DNA of 58,204 nucleotides from Girardia tigrina (lineage: Eukaryota), in contig MQRK01239570.1 of NCBI GenBank assembly GCA_001938485.1, positions 10,292 to 68,495 of the forward strand, in the 5' to 3' direction. The position numbers and the translations under genes were made by a program. How positions within the stretch are numbered: the first letter of the stretch is position 1; every line of letters begins with the position of its first letter. Of this stretch, positions 41,554 to 53,744 are shown in pieces. Below the pieces are notes generated by a model. It was not told where the DNA came from. It did not search any database and worked only from the letters and a program-made list of their open reading frames with translations.

Positions 41554-42509
41554 CAGTGATGTGCAAACTATTTTGTTACACGATCCCACATTCTGTATAA
41601 AATTTTGTTTTTGCGACCCTATAGTAAATAATGGACATTTTTTTTCAATCAACAGTGTAGTTACAGGTAAATAAAATAAAAACTTTTTAAAAACGGTTTT
41701 ATTTATGTATATAGTGATATCTATAGAACTAAGTATTTATTATATTTATCTTGATATAGTGGAAATTCGACGGCAAACAGTATCTCTTGATAATGGTGTC
41801 TTTTTTAAATCATGACCATATTTTTCTGCATGCATAATTGATGTCATTTTTATTGCCGCGCGAAGAATAGGCGATTTTCCAATTGTATGACGTTTTAAAA
41901 TTTTCTCAATTAAATACGAAACTTCTAAAAATGCCCGTAAAGACTTTTCAGGGAGCGTTGTATATGTTTTCAAAAATGAATTTTGATTTTTCATGATCTC
42001 AGCTCGTTTCTTAAAAAATGTTTAAGATTTACATAATAAATCTTTATGCTTAGTTTCTAAATGTCTTTTTAATTTGGCAGGTTTCATGCTTTCGTGTGCC
42101 AGTTGTTCATTGCAATTAACACACAACGGATATTCAAACCCTTAATATTTTAAACTTAATATTTTCATTTAACTTTTTTTGTAAAAATTAAAATTAATTT
42201 ACAAAGTTAAATTTAGAAATTAATAATGAAGTCAATAAAAGTTTAAAAGTTAATAAAGTTTATATAAAAATACTTTTTGATTATTTCATTTAATTAATAA
42301 TTTATTATTAATATTATTAAAAAACATGAAAGTTGTCAAAATAAAATTGAAATTAAATTTTATATAAATTAACGTGATGTCTATTTTTTGAGCACGTAAA
42401 AGCATTAGGTTGATTCTCTATGGCCTTTTATTTTGTATTGAAATATAAATTTCGTCGAATTTGGCGACTCCCAAAAATATGTTCGCGACCCCTAGTTTGC
42501 TCACCACTG
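41554..42509 (-). mobile_element. Internally deleted hAT (Buster/Charlie) element
   Basis: TIRs CAGTGATGTGCAAACTA / TAGTTTGCTCACCACTG. Perfect 8-bp TSD GTCTAAAC. PLCVNCNEQLAHESMKPAKLKRHLETKH and PLSRDTVCRRI motifs. Confidence 0.93.
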
Positions 42510-42828
42510 GTCTAAACAACCGATTCTATCCATGGTTTTCGTTTTTTATTTCACTACTCTTTCCACTTCTAGACCGTCTTTTAAAAGAACGAGGGATATC
42601 TATTTAAAAATGTTTTGTTGGAAGACATGATTTAGAAGCACAAGTTAAAAAAATATTAAAGAAAAACGAAAAAAAATGTTTGAACATTCATCGAAAAAGT
42701 GCCCAATAATTACAATTCTTTCATAAAATTTTATATTTAATAATTCCTATAATTATGTTTCTGTTTGAATCTTATTATTTTCTATTTTACTAAAAATTAG
42801 TTAATTTAATTAATGTTTAAATTTCTAG

Positions 42829-43811
42829 CTTTCAATTATGATTTTCCCTACAATGATATTGACGTCGTGTTTTCCATTGATTCTTGTACCAGTTTGGATA
42901 TGATGGACAAGATTAGAAAATCTGTTTTTTGCGCAATCGGAAATCTGTTATTCAAGAAAGGCACGTCAGATCATATGTATCCAGAAAAATATATTAAAAA
43001 ACAAGTATGTGTTCTTAGTCCAAAAGGTGAGGATTATTGGTCCTTATTTTCCTTGGGTTGTCACGCAAATACTAATAATAATATCGTTGAGCTGAAATTC
43101 GCTAGCTCCAGTGGAAGGCAATATGAGTGTTCTGTTGATTCCTTTCAGATCAAACTAGATCCAGCTCTTCATTTTATTAATAAGCGCAGTAATCTTATAA
43201 CTAAAAGTTTTTATCCAACAGTAGTCATGGAATCCACATGGGGTTCCGTCAAAGAAGCTCTACAGCATTTATATAATAGACATATAGTTCTGGATTCCCC
43301 AGACCAAATCAGAGGAGGTGGATTATTAAAGTTCTGTAAATTACTTGTTAACGGTTTCCAGCCTCATCCAGATCTTGATGAAAATTACGTGAAAAAGTAC
43401 ATGTGTTCGCGATTCTTTATAGACTTTCCATTTTTTACTAGTCAAAGTGATAAAATTATCTCATATATGGAAAACCATTTTCAGCCGAAAGCCGAAATTT
43501 ATATCAAATTTCTCGAACACTTAGCCGACATTGTTACGAATTCCTCTGTCTACCTCGACGTAGACAGATTAAGATCGGTGTTCCTTATAAACTCCCTGAT
43601 TCAAAATATCTGGACAGAATCTTTACCCAAAATCAGATTTGATCAATTCGATGATTGTGAAAAATGGTCAGTCGGTGAAATCGTGTACGGATCCTGTGAT
43701 TCCCGTTTCGATTCAATTTCTTCTTCGTCATCAATAAGCACAACAAGTGAACAGTCCCCCGACCAATCTATGGAAACCGATAGTCTTAATGACGACAGTT
43801 CTGTTTCATGA
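42829..43811 (+). CDS. TENT5: TENT5/FAM46 terminal nucleotidyltransferase, coding exon 2
   Basis: TTTCTAG acceptor ending at 42828, phase 1, compatible with exon 1. FAM46 motifs: YNDIDVVF (DxD), WSLFSL, IVELKF, RQYECSVDSFQIKLD, IRGGGLLKFC, YMCSRFFIDF. Uninterrupted to the stop codon. Confidence 0.93.
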
Positions 43812-43960
43812 TGAAAACAAAATTATCAAATCAAAACATTTTGGTCTAAAGTTTTGCTTTGTTCCATTCCAGTTAATATTGTGGTGTTATAGATATTTTA
43901 TGTGTGTCGTGAAATGTGATTTATATATATAAATGAATATATTTTTTGAGACAATATAAC

Positions 43961-43966
43961 AATAAA
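43961..43966 (+). promoter_or_regulatory. Candidate polyadenylation signal of TENT5
   Basis: AATAAA about 150 nt after the stop codon, followed by a T/GT-rich tract. The motif is common in AT-rich DNA. Confidence 0.45.
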
Positions 43967-44719
43967 GGTTATTTATTTTCTGCTTTGGTTTTTTGCTTTC
44001 TTAGACAAACTAAACAAAACCATCGTAAATTAATAAATTAATCAATTTGAAATAAGTCTTGTCAAAGATGGAAGTAGTAGGTACTAAAAGAGGAACGAAA
44101 TTGAGTCTCGAATTCCGATATTTATTTGTCACTTTAGATCTATAATTATATAAAAAATAATTATATCAAAAGGAAATAAATCACTCAAATATTTTGTTTT
44201 TCTAAAAATATAATTAATTTTGAAAATTTGTCTTTTTAAAGGAACTAATTTGTTTGGATGTTTTGCTCTGTTGCGCCGTCCCAATTTAACAACGTCTTGG
44301 AGGAATTTCCCACTCCCCTGCAATTCGTATCCCATATTTTTTATTGTAATTCTTTTTATCTATTTCTCCTAAGAAGAATAATTTGAATTTTGGAGTAAAC
44401 TTTAATTTATAAAAATATCTCTATTTATAATGCAGTAATTAATAATTATTGTCGATTATTTGATCTCAAACATCGTCGATAAGTGAAGTAAAGTATAATT
44501 TTTATTTGCAAGTGTAGGGTTTAGTTCTCAAAGTAATTTCCATTTTTTCCATACTTTCCAGCTTGTTACAAGGTTTTCAAAGGCGATTTTGTAGAAGTTT
44601 TTTTGTAGAAATCGTCATTTGATGCAAATGTCTGACCTCACAGGATTATTTTAAGATTATTAAACAAGTAGAAGTTCGATAGGGCTAAATGCGGACTGTA
44701 TGGTGGATATCTATTCAAA

Positions 44720-45830
44720 TACATTCATGATACAAGGTGATATACAGTACGCATAATGCCAGCGCCCAGATTATCCTGTCAAACACGCAGTTCCATGATT
44801 GAAATTCGTGATGCAAACCTGAGTTTCGGTGCAATTGCGCAACAATTGGAAGTGGAGAAATCAACGTTTTTTCGTTGATACCAGCGATATCATCAACGTG
44901 GATCTGTCTAAGACAAAGCCATTCCTGGGCCTCTGAAGAAGATGAATGAAGCTGCAGATAGACGTATCTCAAGAATCTTCATGAATGATCGCCAATTATC
45001 TGCTACAGAGATCACCGAGAAATACAACCAAGAACTATCAGACAAGCTTAAGTGTGTACGAAAAATATGCGTCGTTATTTGCACAGGTAAACTTTCATAC
45101 AGTAGCAGTGTTAGGGTCTTGGCATATTTTTTTCATATTTTTTCCTTCTAGGATGCACTTCTAGGGGAGAATCGCAGCTCAAAAGTGAAATTGAGTGCAG
45201 CCACAAGGAAAACCCGTGTAAGGAACATCTGTAGTAAACAACAGACCTATGGTGGAGAGGTCTCTTCTCTGATGAATATCGTGTTGGGTTTCAAAGGGAT
45301 GGTTGTGTCAGTGTCAGGCGTCGCCAAGCAGAACGTGGCCACTGGAACTGCATAAAAACCAGGGGACTCAGCTGCCAGTCTACCATGTTTTGGGGTGGAA
45401 TTACTTCAACCAGCTCATTACCCCTTTAACCTTTATCCCGGCAAAATAATTCACAGGATTATATCGCAACGTTGGAAGCGGCAGCCATTTCGGTCATTCC
45501 AACCCTCAAATTGTACCTAATGGATGATAATGCTCCAATACAGCTAGCGTTTTGTCTGAATGAGTTAAATGAAAATCAAGGAATAATCTGCATTTCTTAC
45601 CTCCCTTACAGTCCCGACCTCAACCTCATAGAAAACATTTGCGGTCTTCTTAAAAAAACATATTCTTAAACTTTAACCACGTCCCACAAGCTTTTTAACT
45701 GTTACACGACATTTTAATACATTGTGGTCTGCTGTTCTCATATCCACTTCTTCATCTTTGTATGACAATCTCCATATTCGCATTACCAAGTGTTTAGCTA
45801 ATAAGGGTTATCCTATTGATTATAGATGTA
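44720..45830 (+). mobile_element. Tc1-like transposase pseudogene
   Basis: DRRISRIFMNDRQLSATEI, FSDEYR, MFWGGI, MDDNAPI and PYSPDLNLIENI motifs. Confidence 0.85.
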
Positions 45831-46318
45831 TTGCAATGCAATTTACCATGATGTTTTCCTTGTACCATCACAGGGTCAATTATAATCTACATAAAGTCTT
45901 GAAATATATAAACGCTACAATTTTGTCCACCTTGTGTACTAACGCCATAAAATATCAACCAATCTCTTTTTGACATTTTAAATCCCTTCGCCGATCGATA
46001 AATTGATCTCTAACTTTATTAATTTAAAAATATTATAATATATAGTTGACTCCGCTTAATGTGATCAAATGTAAAAATCAAATATTTTAGAAAAATAATT
46101 AAAAGGTGATAATTATAAACTAAAATAACATCAAAATAAAAATGAAACTATATTATTTGAAGAATCAAAACACCATTTGGATTTGAAAAATTTATTAATT
46201 TAAAAATTTCCTTCTTTTTCGCGATATATTTTGGTGGAAATTTTAAACAATTATACTACGTTTATATATACATATAAATGGTGATTATTTAATCAACTTA
46301 TGTAATGGCTAATTAAAA

Positions 46319-48450
46319 TATAGGTTGGCCACAAAGTTTTAATACATCATTGTGTCACGACCCTTTCGAGTTAAAACATTTTTGCAAGCTCAAGAGTCCC
46401 CAGTGGTTATTAAGGGTCAACCACAACCCTGTTCTGTACTATTACTCTGGAAATTTGACTTTTGTTCGTTCTTTGTTGAAGCGGTAATTCTACTAGCAAT
46501 AAAAAATGGTCTTTTATTAAAACGTTTTTGTTAAAAGGTTCTGTTCTTTCTGTAAATCACCGTCATATTTATAACAACGATTTTCAGCGATTGTATGCCT
46601 GACTTTATCGTGGATATATTCTATTGGTGGAGCTTGTTGATTCTTGGTTTTTATTTGATGGGGTCTACCACACATGCTGGTTTCTAGCAATGCTGCCATC
46701 ATTCTCGAAACGCGTGATTAGCATTATTCACCTATGAATCATGCTGATTCATAGCATGATGGTTATTTTAAGAATCGCGGCTGACTCACGTAAGTTTTAA
46801 TTAATTCTTCGTATATTTTTAATTGATTTCTTAATCTTTCAGGGGCCATAACGACTTCTGGGAACATACCATTGCTTCACGGATTCCACTCAGGGACTCG
46901 TCTTGTGAAGGTCTACTCGGAGAGGGTCGGATGACCTCTCAGTTCTACTGGATCACTCAGTAATGGACTTTATTATTTTTTGGGTTTGTTTTAATTAATT
47001 TTTTTCAGGGTTTATAACACTACTCTTGGATTTTCCAAGCATTGACGGGTCACTCTCCCGGATTCACCTTGAAGTACTCTACTTGTGGTGGGGCGATTGT
47101 TCGTCCTCTTTTATCGGGTAAGTTTTTATTCGACTCTGCCTGGTTTTTCTTTATGATCTATTTTTTAGCTCTAATGTGAACTCTTCAGTGACTCGTCAGG
47201 TTGCAAGTGAGCCAAGGCCAACTTTGTGGTAACATTGTGTAGTTGTGATATGATCCAAATATATGTATTATATCTTATTTCTTCTTTGTGTTTGTCTGGT
47301 ATGTTTATGTCTGGAAATATCATAATTACTTTTCAACCGCAACAATTTAAAAAATATTTTGTTGCAAAATATTATTCACACAATAAAAACTTTTCATCAA
47401 AGTACAGGTCATCATTGTGTAAAACAATTTGCCATCGATATGCTAGCTTACGGATCTACTCGAAGTTCTATTCTGGGTTCTTCGAATCAAAAAATAGGAG
47501 GTATGCTTCATCGACGTCGCCAATTGACTGGAATCCGCATCATTTCATGTAGTGCTGCATTGAACGAAAGATACCATAATCAGATGTGGTTCAGTCTGGA
47601 CAATAAAATGGATGCGGTAGAACCTTGATTTCATCCATTTCTTGAAATTTATCCTTGGTCTTCTTGGCTGTGTGAGGCTTAGCATTGTCTTGCTGTATCA
47701 ATAAGCATTTTCAGTTGATAATACCTCGATAGTTAGACTTTTACTTGCTATAAATATGTTTTAGTTATTGGCAGTATAGTTCGGAGGTGACGGTGCGACT
47801 ATATGGAACAAATTCGAAATTTACAATTCCTTCAAAATTTCACCAGACGAAAATCATGATGTTGTTGGTGAATCGATTGTGCTTCGTAACTGACTGCGTT
47901 AATCTACAATTCTGAACACAAAGCCTGTTCTGATTGTGGTTGAAAAGGTACACCCACTTTTCAACTGATTTGACAATCATTCTCCACAAACTACTGTTGG
48001 AGGGATTTTTGAGCAATTCATTGTAAATTTCTAATCTATTGGCAGCATGTTCTGAAGTTAACTCATATGGATCTGGTCTTGGCTTCTTGTGCACAAAATC
48101 CAATTGGTGCAAGTGATTCAATATTGTTTTATGTGACTTAATTCACATTTCTTTTACCAGTTCATGATTGCAACTCAAAAGTTTGGTGTGCGAAGCGGCT
48201 TGAAAAACTCTGGCGTCAACTGTTACCAGATGTAAATCATTAGTACCACCTTGCAATTGTAGCATGATTGACTTTTCTCTGACCTTTAGAATCACATATC
48301 TCTTCTGCAACATCTCTAGTTGATGATAATTTGCGCTTCCACCTATACCGGATCAAAACTCAAACCCCATTTTGTCAATTTCAATTTGTATTTTGTTTTG
48401 TACAAACTAATAAGAAATGCACAAAGTATAAAATCTATAAACAAATCTTT
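46319..48450 (-). mobile_element. Decayed mariner with an LTR inserted near its 3' TIR
   Basis: TAGGTTGGCCACAAAGTTTT TIR. PYELT...IVKSVEKWV, QQDNAKPHTA and HPFYCPD...SDYGIF motifs. The right boundary is approximate. Confidence 0.8.
46353..47234 (+). mobile_element. 882-bp solo LTR-like insertion containing three short introns
   Basis: TGTCAC...GTAACA termini. CATTGTGT occurs at both junctions. Confidence 0.7.
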
Positions 48451-49447
48451 AATATTATAATATTATGCAAGTTTTTTGTCTATTTGTTTTGTATATTTGT
48501 TTAGCATCTCTTTCTCTTGAATACCGGTTCGAAATAGAGTCAACATGTTTATTTATAAAAAGTAAAATTAAATCTAAATATTGTCTGTAATAAAATTATT
48601 CTGTTAAAGCACTCTTGGCATTTGACTGGAATAATGGGACTTGAGATAAAATATTTTGTCGTTGTCTTATAATCTGTCTTCTTATTAGACTTCATCCATT
48701 TCGATTCTTTTTCCTTTCCAAGAAATATTTACCACCCAGTTATTATTTAAATTCTATTTCCAATGATGTTTATGTGAGGATTTTACTGCCTAATTATTAC
48801 GTAGAAGTGTTTATAGTCGAGTTAGGCAAGGCGATCAAGGGCAATCCGTGGCCGAATCAGTTGCAATATTATCTGGTGGTCGAAGGCAAAGACGACGAAC
48901 CGAATGGCCGAGAAATCTCAGAATGCAAAGTTGATAATCGATAATCTTGAGAGATTACGGCGTGTAAGATAAAATTAAATTATTCTCCCCGACCCCAACA
49001 TCACCCACAACTACAAGGTGCCGCGCTGCGCTCACTCTCTATCACTCTTTTATTCAAATAACAAAATTTAATCGTGATGATTAATGGGTATTGGAGCGGA
49101 AATTTTTTAGATTGACCGAATATTTCGTCATTTTTAAATAAATAATTAAAATAATTAAAGAAATAAATTAAATAAATAAATATCGATCCTTTAAATAAAT
49201 AATTAAAATAATTAAATAAATAAATTAAATAATTTAATAATTTTTTTTAAATTATATAATTGAACTATCATTATTAAATAATATTAATTCCCAATTATTA
49301 TATATGCTATATATGCAAATTATAATTTAGTAATAATAATTAAAAAATTTTCATCAAAAAATTTAAAAAAAATTTGGTAAATATATTGGTAACCTGATTA
49401 AGAACGTGAAGATTCAACCCTTAGAGAAAAGTGGCAATTATAAAAAA

Positions 49448-49866
49448 ATCAAATATTTGTTAAAATGTTAGCAGGTAAAACCATAACGTTGGAGGTCAAA
49501 TCCAACGACAAAATAAAGAACATCAAATCGAAGATTCAAGAAAAGAAAGGCATTCCATCAAACCAGTAAAGATTAATATTCGCCGGAAAAAAGTTGGAAG
49601 ATGGTCGGTGGAGCGATCACAACATCCAAAAGGAATCGGCTCTCCATTTAATCTTACGTTTGTGTGGAGGAAGTTCCGAGGAAGATAAGCAGTTTAACGA
49701 GAAGTTGAACAAAAGAAATGGATGGAGATTGCAACTGAATTACGCAAGGAAGAAACTTTACAACAGAGATACAAAATAATCATTTCAAATCTTTAAAAAT
49801 AAATATGAGGAGGAATATAAAGAAATACAAAATCAATATGAAGAGATGATTACTATGAGGGGTTAG
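49448..49866 (+). pseudogene. Ubiquitin-fusion pseudogene with an unrecognised charged C-terminal extension
   Basis: [73 protein letters not shown]. The ATG is damaged, there is a stop at 49567, and there are no introns. Confidence 0.9.
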
Positions 49867-50142
49867 TTTAAATTTAAGTTTCGCCAAAATAGTTAATTAT
49901 TTTTTTAATTTGATAATTTAAAAGAAATAAATTAAAAAATTAAAATGTAGAGTAAAAATATGATAAAACAAATACTTATTTAAAATATGCTTACAGTAAT
50001 AACGATTGATATATTTTAATAAAAGTTATGAAATAAGTTTTAAAAAATTTTAAAATAAATAATTAACGGATTAATATTTTAGGAAATAATTTTTTTAATA
50101 AAAGGGTTTATTGTAAATTTAAATTAATTAGTTTTTATGATA

Positions 50143-50290
50143 AAGTTGTTTCGTAAAAATCTAAAATTATCTTAAAGTTTAAATTTCATAAAAGTTCGTA
50201 AAAAATGTAAAATAATTTAAGATTTAAATTTCGTAAAAGTTCATAAAAAATATAAAATATTTTAAAGTTTAAATTTCGTAAATTTTCAAA
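50143..50290. repeat. ~45-bp tandem repeat, about 3 copies
   Basis: TTTAAATTTC(A/G)TAAAAGTTC(G/A)TAAAAAAT.TAAAAT repeated. Confidence 0.75.
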
Positions 50291-50399
50291 ATTTAATCGA
50301 AAAAATTTAATGAATTAATTTTGGGCGAAATAATTGAATTAACAAGAAATTTGTTTAAATATGTGTATTGTTGATATTAATAAATTTTGTGGTTTTAAA

Positions 50400-50740
50400 T
50401 TATGACTTCGCAATTTGATAATAATAAAAGTGGCATAAAAGCTACTTACAATTACGTTGACCCGACAGCTTGAAAGAGAAGAAGTAGACAAATGTGAGAA
50501 AACATCATGAATTGGAATTACGTGTGAAAAATGAAAATTTTGTACCGATGTATCCAAAAGAAACTATAGTGATTACGGGACTTGAGCAGTTTGAACGACT
50601 GCAGATTCCACTATTCACTGGGAATATATCATTATACACAGATTGGACAGCGATATTTCAATCGTGCATTGATGATTTAAATACGATAGTTTTTTCGACT
50701 AATTTTGAGAGGGAATAAAATAGACAGATTAAAGAAAAAA
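50400..50740 (+). mobile_element. BEL/Pao gag fragment
   Basis: FERLQIPLFTGNISLYTDWTAIFQSCID, homologous to about 33340-33430. Confidence 0.7.
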
Positions 50741-51441
50741 TTAATTGTAAAAAAAAGAAGTAAAAATTGTAAATATTTGAATCTCTTAATTTAAAAGCGT
50801 TGTTATTGTATGTGGTTGCTCGTGAATTAGTTCGGTCAAAAAAAGGGAGAATTTGGAGCTGAAATTTTTCGGTTTGACCGAATATTTCGCCATTTTTAAA
50901 AAAATAATTAAAATAATTAAATAAATAATTTTTTAAATTAAATAATTAAACTATCATTATTAAATAATATTAATTCCCAATTATTATATGTTATATATGG
51001 TGATTATTAATGACCAATTTTGAAGTTTTTTTTGATTTAAAAATCGATCACCGTTGTACATTGGAATGACATAACAAAGAGAAAATATGTGTGTAAATAA
51101 AGAAAAAAAATAATGTATAATTGGTGAAGTGTGTGTAAGTGTGTTAATGTGTGGGAAATGAAATTTAACAAAAAAAATGAAATCTCGATTTATATATGTT
51201 TGTGTTGTGTGCGTATAAATGAAATTGAACTGGCTATACATGTGAGGATGTGTGTGAATGTGAGAGTTTTTGATTTGATTGGACGGTTGAGTGTGTGTAA
51301 GTGGAGTAATTTCTCCATGTGGAGGCACGGTTTCCGAATCATGTATGTTAGAAAAAATGTTTTATTCCAACATTACAGCTTTCTCGCCGACTTTTTTTGA
51401 TTATCTTTCTACAAGTCTCAATGCACTATTTAAGAAACGTG

Positions 51442-51733
51442 TGTGAGAAATATTTAAAATTGTATGAATGTATGAAGGATGTATGTTGATTCGAGTATGT
51501 TAAACTTAGAATGGTGATTCACTCACCCATATGGAAATTGGTATTCTTTTTTATTTAGTGATTGACTAGTTGATTATAATTAAAATAATAATAACGAAAT
51601 GATAATAATTTGATAAGTTTAAATTTTTGAAATTAACAATTAAAATAAAGTTTAATATTTTTTAAAAAAAGAGAAGCATTTAATTAGATATAAATAAAAC
51701 TAATATAATTTAAATTTAAATTCATTTTTCACA
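51442..51733. mobile_element. Short solo LTR, family B
   Basis: TGTGAGAAA...TTTTTCACA with TSD ACGTG / ACTTG. Related copies start at 6924 and 40597 (both run into gaps), and the motif occurs on the minus strand near 18110. Confidence 0.65.
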
Positions 51734-53744
51734 ACTTGATAACATTTTTTTTATTTTGGGTTTTTATAAAGAAATGGTTAATATTTTTATTTTTTATTAA
51801 TATTTTTAGAAATTAAATATTTTAAAATAGATTTAGAAGATTGTTCGAATAATCATGATTAAAAATAGATATAAAAAAACCAATTATAACGATGTCAAAC
51901 GGTAAACGATCTTCTGAGTTGTAATGAATCTAAATGTGATAATTATGAAAATTCAAATTAAAATTTTCTCAATGTTCTTAACAGTCTGAATGCATTTAGA
52001 TAACATTTTCCTTGAATGTGATATTGGTAAGTGTCTTCCTTTACCTTCGTTTAGAAAATCTCTGGATCTTTTTCCTTTGATGTTTATTAAAAACTATTGA
52101 GTATCCAGAAAGATTAAAAAAGTTTTGTTGATTCATCCTACGAGAGTTTTCCTAAAACTATTGAACTAAATAATTCCATTTTTGAAAAAAATACGACTTT
52201 TGATTTTTACTATTCATTAAATAAGTATTATTAATATTCTTATAATTAATGATTATATAAAAGGCACTTGTGGACCCCATTTAATTATAATTTTTGTATA
52301 ATTTAAAAAAGATTATTATCTACATTTTAAAACGTATTTACTTTCACTATTTATATTAACAAATTATTTGTTAACCTCGCAAATAAAAAGCCATAATTCT
52401 CTCTGTATTAAAGTTACTGTAGACCCTCGCAAAAATAATAATTAATATTATTTTGAAATACTTTATTTTTTATTTTCTTTATAATTCTTTGAATTTTGTA
52501 TTTATTGGCTCAAATTTTCAATCTTCTATTTGCACTTTTTAAAAAATTACATAAGCATATAAAAGTTAAATAAATAATTAAACCAGTGTTACATAATCAC
52601 AATTATTTATTATAACACTATTTGGTAAATTTGCATCTAATGGGTCGGAATGTTTACACAGATTTATTTATAAAGACAAATGAATATATATATTGTTTAT
52701 ATTGTCCAGTTTTATTCACCAATCTCGTAAAAATTTAGAATTATATTTATTACGTCACAAATTATCGCAAATAAACCTAAAAATATAATCGACCATTTAC
52801 GAATTACTGTTGTTGAAACAACTGAATAAAATGAGTACCCAAATGTATTTGATTCTTGTCTACGTGTTTGGAAGGCGTTGAACAACAAGAATTACAAGGA
52901 ATTACAACTAGATTTTGAAAATTATACATTCACGCAAACACAAAAATGTTATTAAGAAATAAATAAATAATTTATTAAATATATAAAAAATCAAAATTTT
53001 AAAAGTTAATTTATATATTTATATAAATTATTGATCTCCGTAGTTTTTATGTACAAGACATAATATTTTAAAACAGAACTTTCAGTAAAAAAATTTTTAA
53101 AATAAAATACGAAAAACATTAATTACCATCAATAAATTAATTAAATTAATTAGTTAATTAGTTAAAACTCTATAAATTTAGAAGTATATCGAATCGTTAC
53201 ATTATTTTTAAAAACAAAAAACATTTAAGAATATTCAGATAAATTCTTTTTATAAAATAATATTTAAATAAATAATTAAAAATATTAATAATGATATTTA
53301 TCATTAAATTTTATTATTTATTTGTAAATATTTGTTAATAACTGTGATTGTTAACTAAAAGTTTTAGTTAATTTATTTTTCTCAAACACTCAATAATATG
53401 TTTCATAATAAATAAAATAAAATAAATTTATAAAGTTTATCAAATCTGCTAATAGAATTCTACGGAATGGTCAATGTACTGAAAAAAATTATTATTAAAT
53501 TAAGAAACCATCGCATAAATATTTATTTACAATATGATGGAATAACGCACTCAGTTTTCTATTCAATCTCCTTATAATAAAAAAAGTTATTTATATTGGT
53601 ACAAGTTAAAATAAATTTAGTAAATTTTCTAAGTATAAGATAGAAAATGATATTCAAGCTTTAAAGACTGTTTTACCTCAAGATTATCTTGTATTTACGA
53701 TGCTTTACCAAAAATACAATAGGTACCTACATGAAGTATTGGTT

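Larger units (their letters stand above)
9440..42828 (+). other. Giant GT-AG intron (~33.4 kb including gaps) of the TENT5 gene
   Basis: Splicing gives GGAASHVI-AFNYDFP-YNDID, the same 7-residue spacing as [20 protein letters not shown] in vertebrate TENT5. Confidence 0.8.
49090..50999 (+). repeat. Pair of direct repeats (about 49090-49315 and 50853-50999)
   Basis: Both contain TTGGAGC.GAAATTTTT...TTGACCGAATATTTCG.CATTTTTAAA...ACTATCATTATTAAATAATATTAATTCCCAATTATTATAT. Confidence 0.85.

Noticed and set aside
42813-42828. ATG at 42813 as the TENT5 start
   Set aside because: It would omit the GG/GS catalytic segment. The splice acceptor at 42828 fits exon 1 in phase.
52680-52780. Possible C2H2 zinc-finger remnant (CLYCP...LLRH)
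   Set aside because: It needs a frameshift and lacks the first His. The evidence is too weak.
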